A stretch of 64,000 bases of DNA from Eledone cirrhosa (GCA_964016885.1 OZ024741.1:120776001-120840000), one strand, 5' to 3'; shown: positions 1 to 17,824, counted from the stretch's first letter. The notes: generated from the letters alone by a model not told the origin. Translations and numbers: made by a program.

Positions 1-780
1 CCTCTATAGTTACTCCTATCTAGGGCGTCTCCTTTACCCTTATAACAGTTAACGATGATGCTGCTATGCCAGTCCTTCGGAACAACCCCATTCTGTACGA
101 CTTGGTTAACTATGCGGGTGACCATGGTGTGTCCCACCGTGCCAGATGCCTTCAGCATCTCAGCAACTATTTCCGAAGGCCCAGCCGCCTTACCAGTCTT
201 CATATCCTTGATTGCCTTACTTATTATACTCCCCTCGACTAACACTGCTGGTCCCTCTATCGGGTCGATATGGGGGAGACTGTCTTTCTCCCATTTATTC
301 TCCTCATTTAGTAGCCTTTCATAGTGACACTTCCAAGCTACCTTCTTATCAGTGTCGGTGATGGCAAGTATGCCATCATCGTTAAGTACACACTTCTCCC
401 CGACAATATCACGGTTTTCCTTGACGCATTGCCTGGCAATCCTGAACACCTCACGTTTTTGGTCATCGCGTTGTAGAACATGCTTGAACTTTCTTTCCTC
501 AGCTTCCCTTCTTGCTAAGTACACTTCTCTCCTAGCTTCCCTCCTGGCCACTTGATAGTCTACTCTACTTCCCCCATCCCGCCATACTTTCCAAGCCTGC
601 TTTTTGGCCTTAATTGACCCCTCCACCTTACTGTTCCACCACCATGTTACTCTCCTCCTGCCTACAGGCCTGCTCCAGCCACAGACTTCGTCTGTCGCCA
701 ACAGCAGGTTAGCTTTCAGAAATTTCCACTGTCCCTCTATATTGTCCGATTCTAGATGCTCTTCCTTACTGTCGAAAGCA
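1..780 (-). mobile_element. RTE LINE family A, 5'-truncated, continues off the window start
   Basis: Reverse complement is near-identical to about 25226-26005 of the + copy (WWWNNRVEG...[12 protein letters not shown]); 5' end abuts (TA)n at 781. Confidence 0.95.
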
Positions 781-4734
<3,954 letters not shown>

Positions 4735-4797
4735 TACATATATATATATATACACACATATATATAGAGATATATATATGCATACATATTGAGATAT

Positions 4798-4965
4798 ATC
4801 ATCATCATCATCATTTTACGTCTGCTTTTCCCTGCTTGCAAGGGTGGAACGGGAACTGATTCTGGCTTGATTTCTACAGCTGGATGCCCTTCCTAACACC
4901 AACCTCATTTACAGTGAGTGCTGGGTGCTTTTTTGCCGTGGCACCTCCACGACCACTTTGCAGTG
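4798..4965 (-). mobile_element. Chimeric RTE 3' end: family C tail joined to family B UTR fragment
   Basis: 4798-4848 matches the 39627-39694 tail; 4855-4965 matches the family B UTR at ~54975-55130. Confidence 0.75.
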
Positions 4966-4974
4966 GAATGATAA

Positions 4975-5135
4975 GGAACCCAGTCCTATCATCTCATTTC
5001 TACAGCTGAGTAAACTGGAGCAATGTGAAATAAAGTGTCTTGCTCAAGGAAACAACACATCACCTGGTCTGAGAATTGAACTCACAACCTTTCGATTGCA
5101 AGGCCAATGCTCTAACCACTAAGCCATGTGCCTCC
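4975..5135 (-). mobile_element. tRNA-derived CORE-type SINE
   Basis: A/B-box-like head (GGCTTAGTGGTTAG...GAGTTCAATTC) then CTTGAGCAAGACACTTTATTTCAC core, shared with several copies in the window. Confidence 0.8.
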
Positions 5136-5149
5136 ATATATACATATAT

Positions 5150-6335
5150 ATTTCTATTTTTTCTGTTCCTATTTTGCTGAGGCCATGCTGGGGCACTGCC
5201 AGCGATACCACATTTTCTATATCCAGCCTTCCCCAGTTGGCCATTGATACAAAAGGAGTTTCTTGCTGCCGCCCTTATTTGCACTTCACCTCATGCTGTG
5301 GGTTCATCTGGAATCTTGGTCAGTAGAATGCTGAGATGGTTCTTGAAAACATCTACATGCACACCATGTAGATCTCTCAGATTTTTTGGCAGCTTATTAA
5401 GAAGCTGGGGTCCATTGAACCCCAGGCTATTGCAGTATGTGGTCCTTATTCTCGATGCGATGAAGGAGACCTTTGGCACTACACAGTGACGTCCTGTATG
5501 TGGGCTGGTTCTGCTTTCAATGCTGAAATTTCCATATTTATATTACTGCATATCTCTCCCATCTCTGCTCTAGGCAGTAAAGCTTTTGTTTATTCAGCCT
5601 CTCCCAGTAGCTCATCTCTTTCATTGAGGCAATCCTCTTGGTGTAGCTTCGTTGGATTACACCAAGTTCTGCAGTTAGTTTGACACAGAAGGGTCACCAC
5701 AGCTGAGACCAATAGTCCAGTCAGCTTAGAACGCAAGTCCTCCAGAGGACCAACATAGTTTCCGGGTCTCTTGTCCTGAATGTCCTCAGAATCCAACCCA
5801 CCAGTCACCTGCACATTGTTGTCATTGGTGATATATGCACGAAACAATCTATCATTACTCATGTCAATACTCAGGTCCCATATTGATTTTGACTCTGGGA
5901 TTTCAATTCCTCCTGGTTCTGTGGACCTTTGTTGTGGTGGTCCTGTTTGTTGGTCGACACCAGAAGGCTTGAAGCTTATCTGCATTAAATTGCATATTGT
6001 TGTTTTCAGCCCATCCGTATATGGTATCAAAATCTTGTTGTAAGAGAGTAGCAACAGCCAGTTTCTTGATTGACTGTCCTATTTTTGTGTCATCAGCATA
6101 GCTTGTGAGGGAAGCTGTTCATATTATAGAGGTTATGTCTGAGAAAGCCATCACAAACTGTAGTGGCCCTAAGACAGTTTCTTGGAGCACGCTACTTGTT
6201 ATTGATGTTTCCTTTGAGAAAGCCCTATTGACTACAACAGTCTAGCTTCTGACTTTTAAGAAGTCATGAAGCCATTCAGCCATTTCCAGCTATGCCAAAA
6301 CTACGTATTTTATGACATATGATTTCATGATCGCA
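5150..6335 (-). mobile_element. Degenerate CR1-clade LINE 3' part
   Basis: Minus-strand VLQETVLGPL (GVPQG-like), SYADDTK and C-terminal SLGFNGPQLLNKLPKNLRD; stops and frameshifts. Confidence 0.8.
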
Positions 6336-6365
6336 AAGTGGAGATATATACTTTTACACACACAT

Positions 6366-8020
6366 ATCATCATCATCATCATCGTTTAACGTCTATCTTC
6401 CACGCTAGCATGGGTTTACACGGGGATTGTCCCACTTGAGGCAAGATTCGTCGTCTCACTCGTATAGGACTGTCTGGCAGGTTTTCTACGGCTGGATGCC
6501 CTTTCTAACACCAACCACGTTTACAGTGTGGACTGGGAGCTTTTTACCGTGTTACCTACACAACCACATTACAGCGTGGATTGTGTGTTTTTTTTGTCGT
6601 GAGACCTACACGACCATGTATTTAGGACTGGATGTTGTGGTACCAACATAACTTAACAGAGAAAGGGTGGTGTTGATGGGGGTTGGGGGGTGGAGTTGAG
6701 GCAGTGGGATGGGGGTGTATATTTTGTTAAGAGGTGCCTACTCACTGTAGGTTTCGTTTTGTACTTAGGCAAGGCGGGTCTTCTGTATTACTGCGTAGCG
6801 GCAAAGATCTCGGTCCAGTGACATTGTCTTAGAGAGGTGTAAATGTGTGATTTATCATGTCGTTCCAGGTTTTTCTGGGTCTACCTACTTCGTAACTTCC
6901 ATAAGTTTTGATCGCCCTGCACTTTTTTATACAGCTGTCGTCTTTCATGCGCATCACGTGACCATACCAACGTAGTCTTCTCTCAAGTAAACAGCATCTG
7001 ATCCCTCTTATTCCTAATTTCTCACTTAGTCCGTTTATGTCTGCCTTTCACGTATATTACTATTACACATCCAACGGAGCATGCATGCTTCGTTCCTCTC
7101 CAGTCTGCACAGATCCTCTGCACACAATGCCCATGTCTCACTGCCATATATCATTGCTGTTCGTATGCAGACATCATACAGTCTGCCTTTCATTTTTAGA
7201 GAGAAACCTTTTTCCATCCCGTTCTGACTCTGGCTACTGTACTTTCACCCTCCACCACTGCTGATTTTGTCATCCAGGTAACGGAAGGTGTCCACTATTT
7301 CTATAGAACCATCTGGACAATAGAAGGAGCTAGTATCCTGTGGGCACTTGCAGCTGAGCATTGGCCACATATAAAATCTATGTTCTTAGATAGCTTACCT
7401 GTGATCCCACTACATCTTTTATGCACCAATACTTTGCATTTGGGACATAAAATGGAATTTCTGCCTACTCCTTTCCTACACACTGAGCATGGCCATTTCC
7501 CAGAGGCGACCAGTGCCCTATTTTCCTTCCTACATACTAGAACTTTAGTCTTAGACAAGTTAACTTTAAGGCCTTTTGATTCTAGGCCATGCTTCCATGT
7601 TTGGAACTTTTTCTCTAGTTCAGCCATCGATTCAGCTATGGGCATTAGATCATCTGCATATAGAAGTTCCCATGGTCAGCCGGTCTTGAACTCCTCTGTT
7701 ATAGCTTGAAGGGCAATAATAAATAGGAGGGGGCTAAGGACAGAGCCTGATGAACACCAACTTTTATGCTAAATTCTTCACTATATTCGTTGTTAATTCT
7801 AACCTTGCTGACTGTTTCTTTATACATGGCTTGTATAGCTCTCACAAGCCATTCATCAACACCTAGTTTTCTAAGGGCCCACCAGATAATGGTAGGGGGG
7901 GGGGGGGACTGTGTCAAAGGCTTTCTCCAAGTCAACAAAAGCTAAGTATAGGGGTTTACTTTTAGCTAGGTACTTCTCCTGTAGTTGACGTACAAGGAAA
8001 AGGGCATCTGTGGTACTTTT
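6366..8020 (-). mobile_element. Older degenerate RTE family A relative, 5'-truncated, with internal deletions
   Basis: KSTTDALF...LYADD...PHD...RRLRWYGH with frameshifts; (CAT)n tail at 6366; 5' end abuts microsatellite. Confidence 0.93.
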
Positions 8021-8062
8021 ATATATATATACACACACACACACATATGTATATACATATAT

Positions 8063-8107
<45 letters not shown>

Positions 8108-8443
8108 CATACACACACACACACATATATATATATATACATACACACACATATATATATACATATACACACACACACACACACATACATACACACATAT
8201 ATATACACACACACATATGTATATACATATATACACACACCCGTATATATACATATATATATACATACACACACACATATATATATATACATATACACAC
8301 ACACACACATATATATATATACACACACACACACATATACACACATGCATATATATATACATACACACACACACACATATATATATACATATATACACAC
8401 ACACATATATATACATATACACACACACATATATATATATATA
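8021..8443. repeat. (TA)n/(CA)n compound microsatellite
   Basis: Direct inspection. Confidence 0.99.
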
Positions 8444-9327
8444 CAGGGTGCAAACGACATCTGTTCGCAATTTTCAACTTCTAATTTTATGCACATTTTT
8501 TTTACTTCCGTTGTCACTCTTGTCTTCATAAAAACAGTGACTATATTTCCATTATTTATTTTCAGAATAATTGATTATAAATAATTTTGAACCTCCAAAT
8601 TTGTGGAAGAGACACGGAGTTCTTCTTGGAATCCGCGCCGGGAGGACAAATAAGGAAATTTCAGACTTTCTCAGCGTCAGCAGGAGAATGGTGTCTCATC
8701 CAAAGACGTGCCCAGAGTCATGCAGACAAAGTTTCCAGCGACAACATTGGTCTTAGGTGTCGTCAGCAGTCAAGGTGACGTCATGCCACCTCACTTCTTC
8801 CCTGAGGGCCTCAAGCTGAACACCGATGGCTACATCCACGTTCTGAGCGAGGTAGTAAAGCCCTGGATCGACCAGGTAGCTGCAGGTAGGCCATACATGT
8901 GTCAGCAAGACTCAGCGCCCTGCCATACCAGCCGAAATACCCAAGCCTGGCTGTCAGAGAACTTCGTCGACCACACTTCACCTGACATCTGACTCGCCTG
9001 ACTGCATCCCCCTCGACTTCTTTGTGTGGTGCGCAGTGGAACGAGACATCAACAGATCTAGCTGCAATACGAATGACGATCTGAAGGCCAAGATCACAAG
9101 TGCCTTTAGGGGCCTAAGTCGGGGGACAGTGACGAAGGCCTGTAGCCGGTTCCGAGGCCGCCTTGAGGCCGTCATCAAAGCCAATGGCGGTTTTATCGAG
9201 TGAGATCGAAAGAACAAGTCATGAAGACAAATTGACCCAAGTTTGATAAATATATCTTAAAAAATAAAACTACTGTGTTATTTTTTCCTCGACAGTAATC
9301 TTGCAAACAGATATCGTCCGCACCCTG
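8444..9327 (+). mobile_element. Tc1/mariner-superfamily transposon, internally deleted (maT/DD37D-like)
   Basis: TIRs CAGGGTGCAAACGACATCTGTTCGCAA / TTGCAAACAGATATCGTCCGCACCCTG flanked by TA; transposase remnants QQDSAPCHTS and SPDCIPLDFFVW. Confidence 0.9.
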
Positions 9328-9414
9328 TATATATCAGATATTGAGTTAGAAACTCAAAATAGTCTCTTACAATTAAATAGCTCCAAGAAAGAAGTTTTTC
9401 TGAGCCGTGTAATA

Positions 9415-9610
9415 TAATTGAATATACAAGAGAGATAAACTCAAATATAAACATACATGTGTTCGAATTGTAAAGGACCAAGTTCACTAAATTGAGTCTG
9501 GCAAACCATATTGTTATAGTTAGTATTTTTTTCACCTTAGTGAACTTGGTCTTTTACAATTCGAACACATATATGTTTATATTTGTTTATCTCTCTTGTA
9601 TATTCAATTA
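9415..9610. repeat. Inverted repeat, ~75-bp arms with 46-bp spacer
   Basis: 9415-9490 is the reverse complement of 9537-9610 with few differences. Confidence 0.9.
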
Positions 9611-10617
9611 TCATCATCATCATCATCATCAACGTTTAACGTCCGTGTTCCACGCTTGCATGGGTTTGGACGGGGGTAGTCCCACTTGAGGCAAGAGTGA
9701 TTGTCTTGCTCGTATAGGACTGTCTGGCAGGTTTTCTACAGTTGGATGCCCTTCCTAACACCAACCACATTTACAGTGTGGGTCTGGGAGGTTTTTACCG
9801 TGTTGCCTACACGGCCACATTACAGCGTGGACTGTGTGTTTTTTGTCGTGACACCTACACGATCTCATTTGTTTCGGCCTGGATGGCGCGGCACCAACAT
9901 AACTTTACATAGAACGGGGTGGTGTGGATGGGGTGGGGGTGGTCGCGGGACGGGGTGTATTTTGTTAGAGATGCCTACTGGCAAGGCGGGTCTTCTCTGT
10001 TACTGAGTACCGCCAAAGGTCTCGGTCCAGTGATATTGTCTTGGAGAGGTGTAAGTGTGTGAGGTCGGAGTTTATCAGCTCGTCCCAGGTTTTTCTAGGT
10101 CTGCCTATTCCGTGGCTACCGTCTATCTTTATTGCCCTGCACTTTGTTATACAGCTATCGACTTTCATGCGCATCACGTGTCCATACCAACGTAGCCTTC
10201 TCTCGAGTAAACAACATCTGATCCCTCTTATCTCTAATTTTTTCCTTAGTTCGTTTATGCTTTGCCGTTCACGTATATTACTGTTACACATCCAACGGAG
10301 CATGCAAGCTTCGTTCCTCTCTAGTCTGCGTATATCCTCTGCACACAATGCCCAGGTCTCACTGCCATGCAACATTGCTGTTCGTATGCAGGCATCGTAC
10401 AACCTGCCTTTCATTTTTAGGGAGAACCCTTTAGCAGCTAATAGTGGTATAAGCTCTCTGAACTTTTTCCAACCAGTTCTGACTCTAGCTACTGTACTTT
10501 CAGAGCACCCTCCCCCACTGCTGATTTTATCGCCCAGGTAACGGAAGCTGTCCACTATTTCTATAGAACCCTCTGCGCAATTGAAAGAGCTAGTATTTTG
10601 TGGGCACTTGCTGCTAC
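9611..10617 (-). mobile_element. RTE family A (subfamily A2), 5'-truncated
   Basis: ORF 9965-10621 ...SFRYLG...RRLRWYGH...RLASRHL; 3' UTR; (CAT)n tail. Confidence 0.95.
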
Positions 10618-10627
10618 ACACATATAT

Positions 10628-10895
10628 AGTGGAGGCACGTAGCCTAGCGGTAAGGGTGTTGAACTTACAATCATAATGTTGTGGGTTCGATTCCTGGGTT
10701 GATTGTTGTGTTCTTCAACAAAACACTTCATTTCACGTTGCTCCAGTATACTCAGCTGAAAATGAGTACCAGCAATAGCTGGGGGTGTAACCCTGCGATG
10801 GACTGGCGTCCTGTCCAGGGGGGAGTCTTGTACTCACAGTCACTTCATGCCATGAAACCAGGATAAGCACTGGCCAAATGAGCTTAAGACAGACT
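10628..10895 (+). mobile_element. tRNA-derived CORE-type SINE
   Basis: GGCACGTAGCCTAGCGGTAAGG...GGGTTCGATTCC head, core, CCCTGCGATGGACTGGCGTCCTGTCCAGGG; close relative at ~62060-62310. Confidence 0.85.
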
Positions 10896-10991
10896 TTAGA
10901 CTTTTTTTATATATATATATACACACACACATATATATATATACATAAGACATGGCCTGCGCCAATACTGGCTAAAACCAATCAAAGTTAT

Positions 10992-11030
<39 letters not shown>

Positions 11031-11041
11031 CATGCATATCC

Positions 11042-11079
<38 letters not shown>

Positions 11080-11490
11080 GGATATGTATGTATGTATATA
11101 CATACATACACATGCACACACTCATATACACAAATCCATTTACACACATGTGTATATGTGCATGTGTGTGTGTTTATAGACTTTGTAATCCAGATTAATG
11201 GACATTAATTGTTACTTTTAGATAAGTGAATCAAGGATTTTTTCAAAAGAGATTATTTATTGAGTATTAAACACTATATACAACAACATAATTGTTGAGT
11301 TAAGTTTAATTTAGAATTTCAAGTCTCTATGATGAAATAGTGTACTTTTACTTCATATTTGACATAATTTTGCTGCCATGTCATAAAAAATAACAAGCAA
11401 AGAAAACACTGTATTTGATTTTCAAATTATTTTGAAAATAATCAAGAATATGGAGGGATTTAGTAATATAACTAACTTTTTCATTATTAA

Positions 11491-11710
11491 TCCTTTAGCA
11501 TTTACATTACTCTATATATACTATTTATTTTTGTGGTAAAGGCTTTATCTAACATAATTATCTCACATATTATCGAATCTATGAAATGTTAATGTTATTT
11601 ATTTTGAGAACAATACCTTAACATCAGTATGAGTGACCAGTTACGGCCAGTTTGAACAGAAAGAGGTGAGAGAATTCTGGCCGGATATGGTCGATTTAAA
11701 TGCTAAAGGG
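11491..11710. mobile_element. piggyBac-like MITE
   Basis: TTAA-TCCTTTAGCATTTA ... TAAATGCTAAAGGG-TCAA terminal inverted repeats. Confidence 0.6.
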
Positions 11711-12074
11711 TCAAGCTGTTGTTTTGAGTATAACTTAAAGTTCTCTATATAAAAGTGATGATGGAAGGTTTTTTAGATAATTATAAACACTTTAACACAT
11801 TCAACTTTATACCATTTAAAACTGCATTAGCAAAACATTCTTGAAATTAAAAAAAAATAGTATTAAAACTTAAAGTCTCTAGTTTGCTACAAATTTTCAC
11901 ACCGCCCTGTTCACTAATGAAAATATTAGAAACATTTGAATGAAGAAACCCATTTTTAGATATTTCTAGCTAAATCATTACAGAATATTAGGGATTAATA
12001 TAAATAGTTCTGTAGAACCAGGGCTGGTTTCAAGTGGTTTAGTATCAAAAGGGTTAATATTTAGTCTGTTGGTT

Positions 12075-12200
12075 ATTGTTGTTCATCGTTGCCCACTTAT
12101 TCCTGGGAGGGCTGTGGTGGGGCAGAGTCCTCAAGCATGCCTTCCAGCAAGTTCTGTCAGAAGCAACCATCTCCAATTAATCCAGCTGGATCCCAAAGCA
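12075..12200 (-). mobile_element. 3' end fragment of Rex3/Expander-like RTE
   Basis: Homologous to 62880-62990. Confidence 0.6.
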
Positions 12201-13077
12201 AATGGCAGGGGATAGGGTAAAATGGAGAAGCTTGTCAAGGGGCTCTGCTATGCTAACTCCTGCCAAAGCAGGGAAGATGGCCTCAAAACGATGGTTGTTG
12301 TGTTGTTGTTATAAATGTATGTAGGTGTGTATGTGTGCATACAAATAAGAGAGTATGCATATATACATATCTTTACACATACACACACATATATTTATTG
12401 TCATGAGGTGATTAAATATATACAATTTACAGAAACCTAAAAAAAGAAACAAAAAACAAAAAACAAATAAGCTCATATCTATAGAATATATAAAATAAAG
12501 ATATTATTGCGAGTGTTGAAATTTAGAGACTGATTAAACCTACAAATGTAGTAAAAAATACTAATTGGAGCAGGATTGAACGAGAAGGGGATAATTGAAA
12601 AGAATCATTTAAAATAAACAGATAAAACAAATTAATTGTTTAATTGCTGACATTAGTTTATAATTGACTTTTGTTCCTTTAAAATGTCTCATCCTCCTCA
12701 CCAATCATTTTCTTTTTTTTTTTTTTCAATAGAATAATTACTAATATGCTATATTTAATCTTATTAGGGAAGGTCCTATCTTGGGGGATTATCTCTGCTG
12801 AAGCACTTACTGAGGATTATTGCCATAGAATATATTATAGTTTAGATTAACTCCCCTTAATCTCATCGGCTATTATCATTGTTGTTGAAAGGTCTTAATA
12901 CATTTGTTCTTATTGGCAGCTCAAAGTTCAATTTCTGTTGAAGTAGTCAATCAGCCTTGCTACCGTTTCCATCTTTCTAGTGATAGGGGTTTTGGAGTAG
13001 GGGAGGTGGTGGTGATAAAAAATAGGTGTTAACAACGAATTTAACTCTTTCATAACCACATTTCTAATGACATACAC

Positions 13078-13410
13078 TCATCATCATCATCACCGTTTTA
13101 CGTCCGTTCTTCCACGCTAGCATGGGTTAGACGGATTGTCCTGTTGTGAGTAGTGTCCAGTCGGCTGACCTTGTCTTGCTCATACAGGAACTGATTTTGG
13201 CTTGATTTCTACAGCTGGATGCCCTTCCTAACACCAACCTCATTTACAGTGAGTGCTGGGTGCTTTTTTTCCATGGCGCCTACACGTCCACTTTACAGTG
13301 TGGGCTGGGTGCTTTTTTGCCGTGGCACCTCCACGACCACTTTGCAGTGGGGGTGGGGGCATATTGTCTATATGCTTCAGCTTCGGCTTGTTCCTGTGGG
13401 GGTCTTCTGT
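13078..13410 (-). mobile_element. RTE family B 3' UTR and tail fragment
   Basis: Reverse complement of ~54900-55247. Confidence 0.85.
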
Positions 13411-13779
13411 ACTAAATAATTATAAATCCTACCCTGATTAAGTAACGCATTCATGAATAACTTAACAAAAAAGTAAAAATAAATAAAAACAAACAGAAAC
13501 TAGACACACTGTTACACTATTTTTATTATTTAATGAAAAACTTTGAGAAATTTTACTAAAATTATTAATTATTTCATTAGTAAGATAGTAACTTAAATAT
13601 GGTTCATGTATAAAAAAAATGATATTAGATTTTAATTTAAATAGGAACTCTTTAACACGTTTTATACCAAATCACGTGAAAACTGCCCTTGGCAAAGCTG
13701 TTTATTTTAATTTACTTGATATATTTTAAAGTTTTTGGTTTAAATGGTAAATATATCCTATTTGAGCAATTCTTTCCTT

Positions 13780-14890
13780 AGACATTCTGACTACATGTCC
13801 ATAGTATTGAAGCTGTGATCTCTCAATTTGGAGAAGTAGCAGCTTTACATGGAGAGACACCCTGATCTCCAAGCTATGCACTTTATCAAGTAATGTTACT
13901 CCAACAACCCTTTGAAGGTAATACTGAATTAAAGATAGTAAGTGTGGCTTTTATATCTACCCCTCTTCTTCTGATGATTGAATGTTGAAACTGGCACATT
14001 ACTGCACCACCTACTGCAATTCTTGCACCTAACTCAGCCTTTTGCCTTCCATCACATGTGAAAACAGCACTGAGATACTTGAACTTCTCTACCTGCTTCA
14101 ATGGAATTCTACTCACATGTAAAATGCACTGTGTGTACTTCCCCGAGAGAACGAGTGTCTTAGCGTTAAATAGAGAAGGTACTCTCTGGCTGACTCGAGT
14201 GTGTCAGGTGGCCTGGATTTCTGGAAAGGCATCTAAGTGATGACAATAGGGAGTGATAAGCCTAATTTTCAAAATAGGAGACAAGAGAGATTGCTCTAAT
14301 TATAAAGGGACCTGCCTGTTAAGCCTCTTCAGTAAAATTGATGCTAAGTGTCTGGCAAAGAGATGTAAGGATATTGTTGAGTTCAAGTTAGCTGACGAAT
14401 AGTGAGGTTTTCACCTGGGATGCAGCACAGCCAATTAAATATTCACACTGAGAGAAACCATGAGAGTATTGCGCAGATGTGTATCTTTGTTTCATAGACC
14501 TTGAAAAAGCATACAACTCCACTCCACAGGACTTATTGTGGAAGGTTCTGCAGGAATATGGTATCGATGGACATCTTCTTGCTGCCCTGATGTCTCTATA
14601 CAAATGCCCTAGTATTTATGTTCGGATAAATGGTGCTAAGTCAAAACCATTCAATGTGGGTGTTGGACTCTGCCAAGGGTGCATACTGTCACCTCTCCTG
14701 TTCATAATCTTCATGGACAGGATTGACATGCGCAGCTGGGTTGGAAGTGGTATTAAGACTGGTAGGTGAAGAATCAGTCGGCTGGAATTTGCAGATGACA
14801 TAGTACTACTAAGCTGGTCGGAAGGTTGATTTCCGACATGCACATAATAGGTTTGCAGGAATGTAAATCAGTACTTCAAAGATTGAGGCA
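13780..14890. mobile_element. Degenerate Rex3/Expander-like RTE (no PHD) with 5' inversion
   Basis: + segment ~14170-14890 encodes CFIDLEKAY, GLCQGCILSP, EFADD; - segment 13780-14165 encodes the continuation LKQVEKFKYL. Confidence 0.8.
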
Positions 14891-15254
14891 CTAAATAAAG
14901 AAAAAGGAAAGAGGGGAAAAAAGGAGAAAAAAAAAGAAGGAAAAGTACTTGTTGTTATATGAATAACACTTAAATAAAAAAAAATCTTAATAGTTATAAT
15001 ATCCATGTGCAATGGCCAAGATGTTGTGTGGACAATAAATTTAAAAAAGAAAAGAAAAAGAAATGGAGGTGAGGCACTCCCCTTTGCTTTTGTGGAAGAG
15101 ATAGCAATAAATAACAGGAAACATAAGAATCTTTTACAAGTTTCAAGATACCAGCGGCTACTGTGACATTAACATGAACAAATGTGGAATTCTAACAACT
15201 CTCTCTTCTTAAACAATAAGTCTTATCAGGAAGAAAACATGCTGGAAGTAGTAT

Positions 15255-16275
15255 GAAAGTTAGTAATAATATAGTGTATAGGTAGTAATATTATAGTACA
15301 AGAGATAGTAATACTATAGTATAGTAGGTAGTAATGCTGTCGTATAGTAGGTAGTAACACTATAGTATATTAGGCAGTAATGTTATAGTAGATAATAATG
15401 TTCTAGTAATGGACGTTAAACGATGATGATGATATAGTAGATAGTATTGTTATAGTGTGGTACATAGTAATGTTAAAGTATAATAGACAGTAATATATAA
15501 GAGGTAGTAACTGATAATAATTGTTTCTACTTTAGGCACAAGGCCAGCAATTACCCAGTACATTACTGGTACTTTATTTTATCGACCCCGTAAGGATGAA
15601 AGGCAAAGTTAACCTCAGCGGGATTTGAACTCAGACTGTAAAGGAACGTAACTATGTTAGAAAGCATGGCGCCCAACCCTCTACCGATACTGCCAAATGA
15701 TATAGTATAGTAGGTAGTAACTGATAGTAATACTATAGTATAGGAGGTGGTAAAGTACATAGTAAAACTATAGTATAGGAAGTGGTAAAGTAGGTAGTAA
15801 TGCTATAATATATTAGGCAGTAATGTTATAGTATAGAAGATAGTAATGTTATAGTATAGTAGGTAGTATTGTTATAATATAGTAGATAGTAATGTTATAG
15901 TATAGTAGGTAGTAATGTTATAGTATAGTATGTAGTAATATTATAGTATAATAGGTAGTATTGTTATAGTATAGTAGGTAGTAATGTTATAGTATAGTAG
16001 ATAGTAAACTAGATAGTGTAGTACATAGTAATATTATATTACAGTAGATAGTAATACTATAGTAAAGTAGGTAGTAATGTTATAGTATAGTATGTCGTCA
16101 TCATCATCATCGTCATCGTTTAACGTCTATCTTCCACGCTAGCATGGGTTAGACGGGAATTGTCTTACCCATGCTAAGTAGTAACGTTATAGTATAGTAG
16201 GTAGTAACTGATAGTAATGCAGAAGGTAGTATATACATGATAATACTATAGTATAGCTATAGTGCAGGAGGTAGA
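15255..16275. repeat. 23-bp minisatellite (TAGTAATGTTATAGTATAGTAGG)n interrupted by SINE and RTE-tail insertions
   Basis: Period 23 clearest at 15810-16090; SINE at ~15515-15695; RTE tail remnants near 15410-15435 and 16095-16175. Confidence 0.85.
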
Positions 16276-17394
16276 TAATAATTGTTTCTACTTTTGGCAT
16301 AAAGCCAGCAATTACCCAGTGCATTACTGGTACTTTATTTTATCGACCCCGTAAGGATGAAAGGTAAAGTCAACATGAACTGTGAGTTTCGATGATGATT
16401 GGTCCAGTTGTTCAATCAATAGAACAGCCTTAGTGTGTAAGTGGCTGAGCATTCCACACACACGAGTACCTTTAACCTAATTCTCAGAGAGATTCAGTGT
16501 GATACAGTCTGTCCCTTTGAATTATGGGTACAGTCGATCTGACGGGTTGCTAAAAGGTTTCCGTCTATCCAATTTCACTCACAAACATAAGGGTTGGCAT
16601 GAGCATATGTTTAATGACACTGCCCAAGATGTCACTCTGTGGACTTAAATCTAGACCTATTGATTCCAAAGCGAACTTTTTAACCACGGAACACCCATAA
16701 TAGTACAGTAGGTATTAATTAATAGTAATACAAAGTAGATAGAATACTTGGCAATATTCGTGTCGGTTCTTTGCTCTCGGAGCTCAAATTCCGCCGAAGT
16801 CAACTTTGCTGTTCATCTATTAAGGTTGATAAAAAAAAGTACCAGTCTAGTACTGAGGTCGATTCTTCCTCTATATCACTTTCTCACTCTCTATCCTTCT
16901 TTGGATGAAATCTGCTGTATTTAGACCTGGAGAGGAGTTGGGCTATGTGAGGTTTAAACATTCCATAGAAACGCCGTATATTAATGCGGCACCCGTACAA
17001 TACAAATTGGAGATCGATCAAATAAGTACCAGACTTGGAAAAAAAAGTACTGGATCCATATAATCATCAACGAAATCGCTTCAGGACGGTACCAAATATG
17101 ACTGAAGTCTTATGTATGAAACCAGTATAAAGGAATGCAAAAATATAATAAAAACAACAATCGTTTTAAGGCCGTTTTCCTTGAAACATCTTCGCCCTTC
17201 TCCAAGGCAACGCTTTCTTTATTCTGTTCACTAGGACCGTGTGGAACGACCAGCACGCACACCGCCCTGGCCCGAAAGTATTATTGGAATAGCTGTTTGA
17301 GCACACTTTTGGGATCTAATTTGTAAAGAGCCTAGTTCAATTAGACTAAAAATGTATCCAGACACTAACAGTCTTACACAGTCATATGTACGAC

Positions 17395-17445
17395 ATGACT
17401 CCGATAAAATGAAATGTGCAAATTTGCAAATTTTATCGGAGTCAT
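17395..17445. repeat. Hairpin with perfect 16-bp arms
   Basis: ATGACTCCGATAAAAT ... ATTTTATCGGAGTCAT. Confidence 0.9.
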
Positions 17446-17824
17446 AGGCAAGATTCTTACTTTTCTAGTGGGCGGCAATTGAATGCAGACAATCAGTTAT
17501 AAGGGAATAGGTCGGTATTGAAACAAAATTCACAAGTATGTCACTCGCAAAAAATATTTTCACAAATAAATGTTTCATTTTATCAAATAAAAAAATTCAA
17601 AAGACGAAAATTTACATCGAAAAAGGAGGTACCTTTCATTTTCTTTCATGTTACGTCTGCCATTTTATATATCTAAAGCGGAACACTCCTCATTTACTTT
17701 TCTACAGCCCTTTTGGTATTCATAACTTATATTTAACGTTCTCCAAAAAATGCCTTTAAATGAAAAAAGAAAGGAAGTTATGAAATGTAACTGTATACAC
17801 ATGCCAATAAACTTGGTGGATACA

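Noticed and set aside
10628-10700. tRNA genes at SINE heads (also ~23010-23080 and ~62060-62125)
   Set aside because: Have A/B boxes but no proper acceptor stem and run into shared SINE bodies
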